From Piedraia hortae CBS 480.64 (lineage: Eukaryota), in assembly GCA_010093745.1 (NCBI GenBank), contig MU006014.1, forward strand, positions 62,001 to 93,222: 31,222 bases of DNA, in the 5' to 3' direction. Under the pieces are notes generated by a model that was given only the letters and a program-made list of their open reading frames with translations, made no database searches and was not told the origin of the DNA. Positions 20,888-31,222 of this stretch are shown one piece after another (the first letter of the stretch is position 1; each line of letters starts with the position of its first letter). The translations under genes and the position numbers were made by a program.

Positions 20888-22497
20888 ATGAACCGCCTCG
20901 CCCGCGGCAACTGTCGATGGCGGATTCCCGTGACCAAACTATCACGAATATCGCGCAAAATCTCCCAAGACCACACAGCCGACTACACGAACAGGATTGA
21001 GCAACTCCAAGCGGCATCCGGCGAGCTTCAAAACTGCTATCCGAGGATAACACCCGAGTTTACAGCGCGGAGACAGGACATTGCGCGGTTCCGGGACGCA
21101 TATGGCGGACTCATGCCGGGGGAGAGTCTCGACTCGGAGGTTACGATTGCAGGTGCGGCTTCACAGCGAAAGGGAAGGAAGAGAATCTAACGGTGGCAGG
21201 TAGATTGACATCTGTGCGGACGGCGGGGAATAAATTGATTTTTCTTGATCTTACAGATGGGCCTGGCGGGGTGCAGGCTGTGGTGAACGAGCTCAAGCTT
21301 GGTGGACAGGGGCAGCTTGAGGGCCTGCGACGGGTGTGTAGAAGAGGGGATTGGTATAGCGTTACTGGGCAGCCGCATAGAACAAAGAGGGGAGAACTTT
21401 CGATTCTGGCGTCATCGGTACCGGAGTTGCTCTCCCCGTCACTGCATCAGATCCCCGCTGTGTTGAACGATGCGGAGACGATTGCAAGGAAGAGACATGT
21501 TGATCTGTTGGTCAACAGGCCGTCGGCTGTCCTGCCTCTACTAGTCCGACATGGTGTTGAGGAGGCGATACAGAAGTACTTCAATGGGGAAGGCTTTGTT
21601 AAAGTCAACACGCCCATCCTCAGTGGCGGAGCCGGAGGGGCGGCGGCGAGGCCGTTTGCAACGACGGCAACAGAGCTGGAGGGGGAGAAACTGCACCTTC
21701 GCATCGCGCCGGAGCTGTGGCTGAAGCGGCTAGTCGTGGGAGGACTGGGCAAGGTTTATGAAATGGGGCCGGCGTTCCGCAATGAAGGCGTAGATGCAAC
21801 GCACAATCCAGAGTTCTCCATTTGCGAGTTTTATGAGGCGTTTGCGTCCCTGCAGTCCCTAATGACGCGCACAGAACACTTGTTCCAAGCCATTCAGCTG
21901 CACGTTCAGAGCGAGGTGGACCTTAAGGGCCCCTATAAGAGGATTGAATTCCTGCCTGCGTTAGAACAGCATCTCACCAGACGCTTACCAGATCTTTCTG
22001 ACCCAGCAGCGAGGGAAGAAGTCTTCTCCCTCGCGGGAACACATTTGCCGTCAGAGTCTTTGCCCGCTGAGCCCAACCCGAGCCTCCCGCGCGTACTGGA
22101 TGCGTTGGCGTCGCACTTCCTAGAGGACTGTACGCAGCCAACATTTATCGTGCACCACCCAGCCTGTATGAGTCCCTTGGCCAAGCATTTCAAGTGTGCC
22201 ACAACGGGACAAGCCGTGGCTGCAAGGGCTGAACTGTTCATTGCTGGTCGAGAAATGGCCAATATGTACGAAGAAGAAAACTCGCCCGTCGAGCAGAGGA
22301 AGAAATTCCAGCTTCAGCAGGAAGTGGGAGGACTGGATGAACAGTACTGCCAAGTGCTGGAATGGGGCCTGCCTCCTACAGGCGGCTGGGGTTGTGGCAT
22401 CGATAGACTGGTGATGCTGCTGTCTGGCGAAGGACGAATTGGCGACGTTCTGCCGTTTGGGACGTTGAGACATGTGGTTGGCTTGGGAAAGCCGTAA
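20888..22497 (+). CDS. MSK1: Lysyl-tRNA synthetase (class II), mitochondrial type
   Basis: Arg-rich N-terminus MNRLARGNCRWRIP (presequence-like). A 47-nt intron at 21153-21199 (GTGCGG...CTAAC...CAG) restores VTIAGRLTSVR. Motifs: RTKRGELSI, LRIAPELWLKRLVVGG, FRNEGVDATHNPEF, GLPPTGGWGCGIDRLVM. Spliced length is 520 aa. Confidence 0.92.
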
Positions 22498-22541
22498 GTA
22501 TTCTACATTATACTTGTACATTAGTTAGTGTATGATAGGTA

Positions 22542-23297
22542 TCACGAAAAATGTTCCCATCTCTCAGCGCTCACAGCACCGATGAGCTTCTCTAGCTCCT
22601 CCCTCTTTCCGACCTCGTTCATCCGTTTGGCCCGCCGCTTCAGGCCGGAAAGCGCCTTGCTGTTGAGGCCTCCCACGTACTGCCAATTGGGCTGTGGTCT
22701 GCATTTGTCGGCGCGCAGGTGCAGCCAGCGACGAAGCGACTGGCCCTCCTTCGGTAATCCTTCGCTCATGGAGTGTGACATCTCGATGAAAAGGTTCTTG
22801 TTCTTGGCCAGCTTGGGCTCGTCCCCAAACGGCATTCGGGACATCCATTCCAGCAGAGGGGTGAAGTCCAAGTCGCGAATAATGGCCGTGATGGGGCTGT
22901 GACGTAGCATGATCGGCAATGCCTCATTACGGATCTGTTTCGACACCAGCAACAGTGACAGCGCACCGGCATTGTAATTGCGGCAGATAGGACAGCGGTT
23001 GCCGCACCGGCACCGGTACCTAGTGGAGATGTTGTTTGACTGCGGGCCGCAGTTTATTGTAACGCTGATGCTGGAAAGATACCAGGTGAAGATCTCGACG
23101 CGGAGCTCGGCTGGTAGCCGCATGAGTCCTGTAACATCGGGAGGTGGTCTGGCAAATTGCTTGAGCGGCGCCGGTTGGATGGCGCGGTACCTCTTGGCCG
23201 GAGGGTTATTGGCTTCCATTGTCAGCGGTCGCTTCGTAACGCGGGCCGTTGGCGCAGGCTGGAGGGCGGGGTCGATACTCCAGCTGGCCGGATACAT
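22542..23297 (-). CDS. F-box-like domain fungal protein
   Basis: Motif GLMRLPAELRVEIFTWYL followed by LSLLLVSKQIRNEALPI is typical of fungal F-box-like proteins. Likely start MYPASW at 23297. Confidence 0.75.
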   Translation of the reverse strand: MYPASWSIDPALQPAPTARVTKRPLTMEANNPPAKRYRAIQPAPLKQFARPPPDVTGLMRLPAELRVEIFTWYLSSISVTINCGPQSNNISTRYRCRCGNRCPICRNYNAGALSLLLVSKQIRNEALPIMLRHSPITAIIRDLDFTPLLEWMSRMPFGDEPKLAKNKNLFIEMSHSMSEGLPKEGQSLRRWLHLRADKCRPQPNWQYVGGLNSKALSGLKRRAKRMNEVGKREELEKLIGAVSAERWEHFS

Positions 23298-23586
23298 GAT
23301 GTGGTGGTATGTGGAAAAATGGGAGGAAATCGCCGTGTACCCCGCGGTGGGGTGAAGTCGTGCGTGTACGTGTGCAAAGGGTGTGCAGTAGCCTGCAGTA
23401 GCGTGAAGCGCCATTGAGAGAAATATCCCTGCGCGATCAACGTTACGTCGGTCCGCGCCGTTGCCATCTGCATGGATCTGCAGGGCCGAAACCCTCAACC
23501 CAACCCAACGAGTATGATAATACAGTTACATACCTATTATAAACTCGTTTTGGATACCTTTAAATGGCCCAAGCCTTACCATAAGT

Positions 23587-24124
23587 CTACAACATCAATG
23601 CGGCGCACACCGCGACCGAGACGACGGCCGACCAGCCTGCCCCCTCTGCAAGGTCAGCTCGTAAATTTGCAGCAGACGAGACGGCATGCGAGACGGCAGA
23701 CAGGGTGCCGTTAACGAAGAGTGTGTTCGTGCCGTTGACGTTTGCAACGCGGCTGAGCGTCTTGTTGTTGGCCACCTGATTTATGTATGTGGAATCTGCG
23801 TTGTTGTCGCAGCCGCAGTCGGCATCCTTTGCACATAAACACTGTGCTCGCCTCGTTTCGTTTCTGTTAGACGTGCTGTTGTGGTACGTCCACGGGTGCG
23901 GATAGGAATAGGCGTAGGCGCCATAGAGCCAGGCACTGCCGACAACACCAAGCGCAGTGGCTCCGAGGAAAACAGGCACCATGCCTCCTGGGCTGCGACT
24001 TCCGGCCCTGTAAGGCGAAGATGCGCCGCCACCGTAGACTCCGCCGCCACCGCCGTACATTGGACGCGTTCCCGAAGTCCCAGATGAAGAGCTTGAACTA
24101 CCGCCTTTCCCAGTCCCTCCACTG

Positions 24125-24169
<45 letters not shown>

Positions 24170-24385
24170 GAACCGCCTCCCCTAGCGCCACTAGATCCAC
24201 CTCCGCCTGCACCGCCTAAAAGCGTCAGTTGGGGTATTCGGACAACCGCCGCACGCACCTCCACCCTTTCGTTTCCACAGCGTTTTCGACGAGGTTGCCC
24301 ATTCGGGAAGCGTCGCAGGGAGCGCTAGAGCGTGGATAGTTGTTATGAATGGTAGTAGCCACAGGACCGTTGTGGACGTCTTCAT
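23587..24385 (-). CDS. Secreted Gly/Ser-rich, probably GPI-anchored cell-surface protein (intron-containing copy)
   Basis: Exon 1 24259-24385 (signal peptide, WKRKGG), a 43-nt intron 24216-24258 (GTGCGT...CTGAC...TTTAG) and exon 2 23587-24215 join in frame to 251 aa. Contains CLCAKDADCGCD and a hydrophobic C-terminus. Confidence 0.9.
24125..24166 (+). repeat. (GAC)14 microsatellite encoding poly-Ser on the minus strand
   Basis: 14 perfect GAC units counted directly. Confidence 0.95.
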
Positions 24386-25114
24386 CTTGTAGGTTGTAGT
24401 TTGATAGCCAAGTGATTGCCCTTATAGCCTGGATGGCAGGATGCGGGGTGGCAAGTGACATCATCCCTGACCAACCCCGCCTGCGAGGCTAAGCACCAGA
24501 GACTCAACTGCGCCATCGCTAAAGCTACAGCCGAGGATGTTGGTTGTGGGTCTGAATACGAGCCTGATGCTCAGCAATGTGACTCTGGTTTGACCTTCGG
24601 TCAATCCCGGTCAATGCTGAGTGGTGCCAACGGCTTCCTAGCACGTACCCGTGGGGTTGTCACCCAAGTAGTTTTGGAAGTCTTTCAGACAGCCATGCTC
24701 GTAATAACGTCCATGATCATAGACAAGCTGACGATTAGTCTCGTTGGATGTGCAATGTAAGGATTAGGATGTGTTTCTACACAACTATGTAGTTACTGTA
24801 TACTGTCGAGCAACTGTCGATGCCCTACTCATGATATAGGCCTATCTCAGTTTAAGTTGAGACTAGAATCAGCGTAAAGTAGCCACTTTGATTCTCCGTA
24901 AGCGATTGGAACCACTGAAAGCTGATGCAGAGTGTGGCTGATGGCTGATATTTTCTATGTTATCGTTTTATGGATGGCAGTTGAACGAAGATCGGCACAC
25001 GTAGACAGCAATACACTGAGCTCTTGATAGAGTGTTGATTACCATTATCCAACGGGCAGACACCATTAAGCCCATTTACTCTACAGAAATTTTATCCATG
25101 ACCCGGGCGCTTGA

Positions 25115-25756
25115 TCAATTGGGCTGCTGAGCCGCTATGCTAAAAGGACTCCCCTTTCCATTCATATGCTTCTGTTGTGTGTGGTCGGCAGGGCTGTCCG
25201 CGCCGTTGTTCGCGTGCCCTTGCATCTCGATATTGCCCAAGTCAGGGCTGGCGGAGTTATCATTACTCTTCACTCGGGGATTGCCCTTCCACGTTTCCAG
25301 CTGCCATGTGTGTCCGGTGAATGACTTTATTTGCATGGGCTTACGCTCCCAGCGTCGGCAGGGCTTACCACTACGATCCAGGGCGCGCAAGTTTGCGTTG
25401 ATCGCACCAGTGTTAGCTTTGGGGTTAGGGCGGTGGGAAGAGACTCCGTTGGGCTTGGTGCCGTTGCCGTTGTCCGCTTGTGCTTTCTTCTTAGGCGGTG
25501 CGCGCTTCTTCAACGGTTTGGTTGGGTCGATTGAGGGCGGCGCGCGTTTCTTCGCGCTGGACTGGCCCGCTTTCTTCGTCTTGGACGACGCTGCCGGAGT
25601 GCTGTCAACTTGTTTTGAGGTGGCGTCCTGCTGCGCTGTGTCGCCATCACCGATAGACGGACGAGGCGGAATACTGCAGATGTCACGCAATTTGGTCGAC
25701 GGCAACCGCAAAATCACCATTTTCGTCTTTTCGGGAGCTTTGGAAGATCTGGTCAT
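25115..25756 (-). CDS. IES4: INO80 chromatin-remodelling complex subunit Ies4
   Basis: KMVILRL near the N-terminus and the family signature PKANTGAINANLRALDRSGKPCRRWERKPMQIKSFTGHTWQLETW. Likely start MTRSSK at 25756. Confidence 0.85.
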   Translation of the reverse strand: MTRSSKAPEKTKMVILRLPSTKLRDICSIPPRPSIGDGDTAQQDATSKQVDSTPAASSKTKKAGQSSAKKRAPPSIDPTKPLKKRAPPKKKAQADNGNGTKPNGVSSHRPNPKANTGAINANLRALDRSGKPCRRWERKPMQIKSFTGHTWQLETWKGNPRVKSNDNSASPDLGNIEMQGHANNGADSPADHTQQKHMNGKGSPFSIAAQQPN

Positions 25757-27077
25757 GTTGGATGATGGTGGTGGTGCAGGTGTTGCGTGGGGTGCAGAGA
25801 AGGCGTGGCTGGAGAAGGGCAAATTGTTGTCAGGTGAAGTAAGAGCGGCATGGCGCCGAGTGGCATCGCACGTCGACGACCTGTCACACGCGTTTTGCTC
25901 CAGGCTGGACGAACTGCCTGCGGCAAACTCCGCGCGGAAGGCGGCACGGCCCGCACTCAACACTTCAAAACCAAATTTCGGCCACAAATTTCTTCTCTTC
26001 AGACACATCAGTAGAGTGACTACAGTCATTCAAACGAGGCTTCGCTACGGCGACATGCTGAGGGTTATCCTTTCTATTCCGTAAAGTCTCCCTCCGTTCC
26101 CGGCCTCGGAGATGGACGCACCGCGCTTCCTGTTCATCAACTGTCGCCAACAATGGAGAGAGTTGAGGAAGGCGGTGCTACATTTAGCCCATGCATCTTC
26201 GCACTTATACAGTTCATCATATTCTCGTTGTGTATATGATCCAGGGCCTGTTGCACGAAATCTCGGTCGAGGCTGACCATCATTGCAGGGCAGAGCTGTC
26301 TTCTGGTCAGCACTGTCCGCATCGCCAGTAATCCTGTATGCTGTGTTTGTTCTGAATCTTATGCAGTTGAGCACTTAAATGAGGCCAGGGTCTAGATTCT
26401 ACGGTAGACCCCTGCAGACCGCCTTATGCCCGTGGCAGATGTGTATAGTGTTGACTACAGGGAAGGTGTACCAAGTCACCGAAGGGTGCAGCCATTTGAA
26501 GAGGTGATCGCAGCTTTGCATATTACTACATCTGCGGCATACCAATATGTCAATGCTTCGTGGGTTACAGTGTGGCAACCCGTAGGCGGGGTTCTCTAGA
26601 ATTCTCTCTGCCCCTTCTCAGCAAGTCGTGTCAATGGTGAGGTACAATAGTGAAACGCATTGCTGGCCAAACTGCATGCCACACTGCACCCATCCATGGC
26701 GTTTGTCACCACTTTGTGCTGTGTAACCCTGGACACAAGAGACGAACTGGTGGAAATCAGCCAATACGACAAGGCTACCAAGAGGCCTCTAGCAGCAACG
26801 GTATTACCGTGGCGTAAATTCACGCGGCGCATTGGTGCCCCGGATTATTTTAAGTTGCGGGAAATTTCCCAAGGGACCGGAAACGTCACCCTCGCAGCCT
26901 GACAACGGCTGACTCGAACCAGAGCTCTCCTCAGCCCCGTCACGCGCTCAATAAAGCCACCCTCAACATCAAACACAAGCCGCAACGATTGCGTCGCCAC
27001 GACTAGGAGGCCGCGGAAGCGGCATCGGCATCGACCGATACCTCCATCTCCCCGACCGATCCAACACTAGCCTTCCA

Positions 27078-28239
27078 ATGACCGGCGCCGCGTTCCCCAG
27101 CCGCAATGGCATCATGGGCGACGCGGCCGCTCCACCGATTCCGCGCCCTTCCAAGATGTATTTGCCAAACACTCGCTGGACCGTGGCATTTGCCGGCATC
27201 ACGCTGGCCCAGTGCATCGTCGCGCTGGCGCTCGAAGCCTACGTCTTTGCGCAATTCCAGAAGGGCCTGGAAGGAATGGTGGGAAGTGGCCATCCGCCCA
27301 GTGCTACCCTCACCATTCCTACCTACTTGGCACTCTTCATCTTCGGCTTCCTGTATGAGCTGGTTTTGGTGTGGGATGCCCTGCGCCTGAAGAACACGAT
27401 TCAGGTGATTGGAATTTGTATCTACAATCTCGGCATGCTCATCTACTCTGCGGTGGAAATGAGCCAGGTCAAAGAGGCCGTCCCTCCGCTAATTGGAACC
27501 AACAACTTCCACATGGGGACATATCACGACATGCGGCCTTTTCTTGTGGCAGCGCCTTGCGTGATCGCTCTCTGCACGGTACTCCTCAGCTTTGTGGCAT
27601 GGAAGCTGTATGATGAGTTTGCGTGGACCATTTACAAGCACATTTCGGCCGATTTGAGACTTAAGCGGCGCTTTTTGACCTACCAGGTGAGTATAATGGG
27701 AAGAGACACGGCCGCACAATTCACACACATATCAGATCTATCTTGCACTGTTGAAGTTTGATTTCTTCTTCTTCTTGGGCTTTACCGTACAGTTTCTCGT
27801 CGTGGTGCAGGACACCAAACACGATGTCGAGTTCTACGTTACCATTGCCGCAATGCCCGTCACCATCGCGCTGCTCTTTCTCGCTGCCTACTTTGTGCGT
27901 CGAGAATCGCACGCCGGCCACTCGTGCATCATCCTCGTTTACTTTGCCGCCATGGCCTACTTTGTCTTCAAGCTCGTTCGCATGTACGACAGCGTGCGAG
28001 TCAGGGATTACGAACCGATCCGCAACAGCCTGACGACTTTTGCGGTGCTGACGATTATACTCTTGATCGTCACCATCATCACGGCCCTCTGCTGCATGTG
28101 GAACTTCAACAAGGGACTTAAACCACATCTACAACGGCGGGCAGTGGGCAAGGCGAGCGAAAGCAAGTACGAATATGGGGGCTATTCTGGCGAGGCACAC
28201 CAATTAGGAAGTGTGCCAGGCCGCATGACGATTGATTGA
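27078..28239 (+). CDS. Multi-pass membrane protein, UPF0658 Golgi membrane protein-like
   Basis: IPTYLALFIFGFLYELVLVWDALRLKNTIQVIG and KLYDEFAWTIYKHISADLRLKRR. A 49-nt intron at 27687-27735 (GTGAGT...CAG) joins YQ|IYLALLKFDFFFFLGFTVQF. Ends NFNKGLKPHL...RMTID. Confidence 0.88.
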
Positions 28240-28595
28240 TTTACTTGAGCGTTGGAATGATACCAGTCTTTTTTTTTTGTATATGTGCGTTGACGACTGT
28301 GGCTGCCATGTGCCGTGACCCTAGCTGTCGAACTACGCGTGGAATTTGTTGAATGTGGGAACACAGACTGTTTACCCCCAAAAAAATATTTGTGCCATGA
28401 CCCCTGTCAACTGTCGCGCACACCCTCAACCAACCCTGGCCCACATAGTGCGGGGTCACATGCACATGTCATTCGCCCTCGGCCGCGCGCGCTAACTGAA
28501 CGCGACGCCTCACGCCGCGTCAGCAATGACAATCCCCTAAGACCGATTGACCTTTGCACAATACCTCTCACACACCACTGTGGCCGGACCGCAAC

Positions 28596-29213
28596 ATGTC
28601 CGTGCCGTGGACCGAAGATGTCGGTGCACGCAAGATCAAGCCATATCTGCGCCGGTGGAGCCACAAGGACGACAATCGCCTGGACCTCTCCAAATTCGTG
28701 TGGGACCATGACAGCGGCAGCCGCCACGGACGCAACGTGAGCGGCGGATCCCGCCCGTCAATGTCGGGCTCGCATGCGCCCTATGTACACCCCATGCGGC
28801 TTGAACCGAGCCCCTTTCATCCGCCCATGTCTACCTTCGTGGATGAAGATGGGGCCACGCTGCGCTCCGTGTCTCAGTTCTCTCCGACGTCTCCCAGCTG
28901 GTCCGCGCCGCGTCTGAAGAGCCGCAGCAGCTGGGCCTACGACCCGCCTGCACTGCTCCCTTCTCCCCCGCGCCGCCGGGGCCGCACGACGACCACGCGC
29001 GCGGAGCGCATTAGGAAGGCCAGGGCGCAGTTTGAGGAGAAGGAGGCGCGCAAGCAGGAAAAATACTACAAGACGGAGTCTCTGCTATGCGAGAAGGCCC
29101 TGGCAGGCGACTTGAACAAACGCAAATGCAGGCGCAAGACGCCGCTGGAGGTGTGGCTCACCTTTTCAGCTTGGGTGCGCACCCGCATGCTGAGCTGCTC
29201 TTCGCGAGCCTAG
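28596..29213 (+). CDS. Hypothetical protein, basic and Ser/Pro-rich
   Basis: 205-aa ORF with coding-like GC-rich codon usage, KIKPYLRRWS...LDLS near the N-terminus, a charged helix (RIRKARAQFEEKEARKQEK) and C-terminal FSAWVRTRMLSC. Confidence 0.7.
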   Translation: MSVPWTEDVGARKIKPYLRRWSHKDDNRLDLSKFVWDHDSGSRHGRNVSGGSRPSMSGSHAPYVHPMRLEPSPFHPPMSTFVDEDGATLRSVSQFSPTSPSWSAPRLKSRSSWAYDPPALLPSPPRRRGRTTTTRAERIRKARAQFEEKEARKQEKYYKTESLLCEKALAGDLNKRKCRRKTPLEVWLTFSAWVRTRMLSCSSRA

Positions 29214-29671
29214 CAAAACCATTACGAACCGCGACGTTTACGACATTTTTGCTTTACCGGCGTTTCCAGGCCTACACTCAACTTTTGCATGGCGACAAGC
29301 ATGGCATGAGATGGATTGGGAAGCGGGCAAATATTATCATGACTAGACGGCATTCGTCTACGTATACCAATGAACGACGTTCACTCGTCTCTCCTTTCCT
29401 GTGTCTTTACTCATGACTCCCGTCAATTCTCGATACAACGGATTCATCTGGTTCATCCGCTGTAACCGGGATGGGCTGTAGTCTGTACTAGCCTATTCTT
29501 GGGCATGGGCGCTAACTGCAGGTAATCACGACAAGTATTAAGAAGCAGGAACCTTATGCGCATGAACCCATCTGACTGTGACTGTGGCGTAGATGTTAGA
29601 TGGAGGGGTAGCTCTCATTTCTGAGCGGGGCTAACCACAAGATCTTTGCTCACGTCATCACCTTGGCTAGA

Positions 29672-30568
29672 ATGGCATGTTACATAGAAAGTGGTGCCCT
29701 CTCGACTGACATTGATAGGCATCGCATCCTCCTGCCCGCTGCTGCACTGTCGGCGTCAAGCACGAAGGCGAAGCCAAAGGCCAAATCAAAAACATTGGCC
29801 AGAGTAAGTGAAGACGCTGACAACCAAACGCAACTCACACTGTGTAGTTCCTACGTACATTACCCAACCGGAGAAAAAATCGGAATATGCCATCCTGCTT
29901 CTCTCCGATGTCATTGGCTATAAGTTCATCAATGCCCAGCTGTGAGTCAGTTGCAGTAGACTATCACCCAAGCTAAACCTCCAAGAATCGCCGACCAGTT
30001 CGCAGCCAACGGCTACCTGGTAGTCATGCCTGATCTCTTCCAGGGCGACCCCGTCCAGCTGAACCGCCCTGCTGGTTTCGATTTGATGAACTGGCTCAGG
30101 ACAGGCGGACCGGAAGGCAAAGGCCATGGCACCGACCAAGTCGATCCAATCGTTGAGCAGGTCATCAAGGAGATGCGTGACAACATGGGTGTCAAAAAGA
30201 TCGGTGCTGTCGGCCACTGCTTCGGCGCCAAATACGTTGCTCGCTTCATGGCCAAAGGCAAAGGTGTTGACGTCGGCGCCATGGCCCATCCCTCCTTTGT
30301 CGATGTCGACGAGATCAAAGCCGTGACCGGCCCACTCACCATCGCCGCTGCTGAGACGGACCAGATCTTTCCCGCAGAGAAACGTCATGAGACGGAGGAT
30401 ATCCTCAAGGACATGACAATTCCGTATCAGATTACGCTCTACTCAGGAGTTGAGCATGGTTTCGCCGTCCGCGGGGATATCAAAAACCGTCAGGCTAAGT
30501 TTGCTAAGGAGGCGGCGTTTTGTCAGCATGTTACGTGGTTTGATGAGTGGCTCAAGGGTGGGGATTAG
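29672..30568 (+). CDS. Dienelactone hydrolase family alpha/beta hydrolase (AIM2-like)
   Basis: Model with three 44-nt introns (29675-29718, 29804-29847, 29942-29985) gives MASHPPARCCTVGVKHEG...SDVIG...NAQLIADQFAANGYLVVMPDLF. Catalytic Cys in GHCFG, Asp in AETD, His in EHGF. Confidence 0.92.
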
Positions 30569-30821
30569 ATGTTTGTAGACGAGTGCACTGAGTGCGTGGG
30601 TGTATCTCCTTGCAGTACTGCCAGTGCTTCACATCACGAAAACCGGAAGCTCAACACTCCCAAAACCTGAACACTGCACATTCAAATGGTTTCCCAACCT
30701 CTAAATTGCTCGACATGATGTGGGGGTTTGGTTTGCCAACTCACGATATCTCTCACAGGCATTGACATCAAGATGGTAACATATCCCCATGTGTAAGCTG
30801 AATTTGTCAATTTGTTTGCTT

Positions 30822-30838
30822 AAAAAAAAAAAAAAAAA
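30822..30838 (+). repeat. A17 homopolymer
   Basis: 17 consecutive A counted directly. Confidence 0.95.
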
Positions 30839-31124
30839 GGGAAACCAAGGGTTCTTTTTCCTGGCCAGTTAGGTGGCACTACTTATATGCTGCTAACTCC
30901 AATTGTTTAATCGTGTTTCCTGGATACACCGCCCCACGAATATAACGCATGGACAGTACAACAACGGACAGATCCAAAAACCCATCCCCAATCTGTGGAA
31001 CCTGTCAGACACTTGAAGTGGATAGGGCACCGAAGATCAAGACTTCTTAACTCGACGAACATATTTACCTTCAGGCGTGGCCACGTCACAGCACCGCGAC
31101 GGAATGTCGTAACAACGTATGCGG

Positions 31125-31222
31125 TCCTGTTGTGAATATGCGGTATATTACGCGCATTATTAGTAACCGTCGCTCGGCTCTCGACTTCACGCGTCAACTA
31201 GTTTTCCGTAGAGATTTGTATG
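31125..31222 (+). repeat. Dispersed direct repeat, copy 2 (pairs with 5477-5572); runs off the right edge
   Basis: See copy 1. Similarity is still present at the last base of the window. Confidence 0.92.

Noticed and set aside
23781..24212. Poly-Arg ORF
   Set aside because: Alternative-frame reading of the (GAC)n repeat inside the Gly/Ser-rich gene.
24191..24385. Apparent frameshift in the Gly-rich gene
   Set aside because: Fully explained by the 43-nt intron with canonical donor, branch point and acceptor.
25137..26084. 315-aa + strand ORF
   Set aside because: Antisense shadow of IES4.
5477..31222. Whole interval as one LTR retrotransposon or giant mobile element
   Set aside because: No gag, RT, integrase or tyrosine-recombinase gene, and it contains normal spliced housekeeping genes.
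1..31222. CRISPR arrays, rRNA or tRNA genes
   Set aside because: No regularly spaced repeat-spacer array, rRNA-like segment or cloverleaf seen by eye; tRNAscan-SE and Infernal would be needed to exclude small RNAs.

Overview
Fungal genomic DNA, most likely a compact-genome filamentous ascomycete: all seven introns I could model are 43-50 nt. The left ~20.7 kb is accessory-like. It holds an intact NACHT (NLR-type) gene that runs off the left edge, a truncated Fot1/pogo DDE transposase joined tail-to-tail to a broken ORF, and several decayed ORFs. It also holds a local cluster (~7.7-16.3 kb) of five paralogous intronless genes or pseudogenes, carrying six copies of a ~110-aa helical-looking domain that I do not recognise. 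The domain has two subtypes: one on the + strand at left, one on the - strand at right, and a central gene that carries one of each. The right ~10 kb is densely packed conserved genes: mitochondrial LysRS (MSK1), an F-box-like protein, a Gly/Ser-rich secreted GPI-type protein, INO80 subunit Ies4, a UPF0658-like membrane protein, a hypothetical protein and a dienelactone hydrolase. The Gly-rich gene has an inverted, intron-lacking paralog at 16.6 kb, possibly a retrocopy. A ~97-bp direct repeat occurs at 5.5 kb and at the right edge. All family assignments come from motif recognition by eye; no searches were run.
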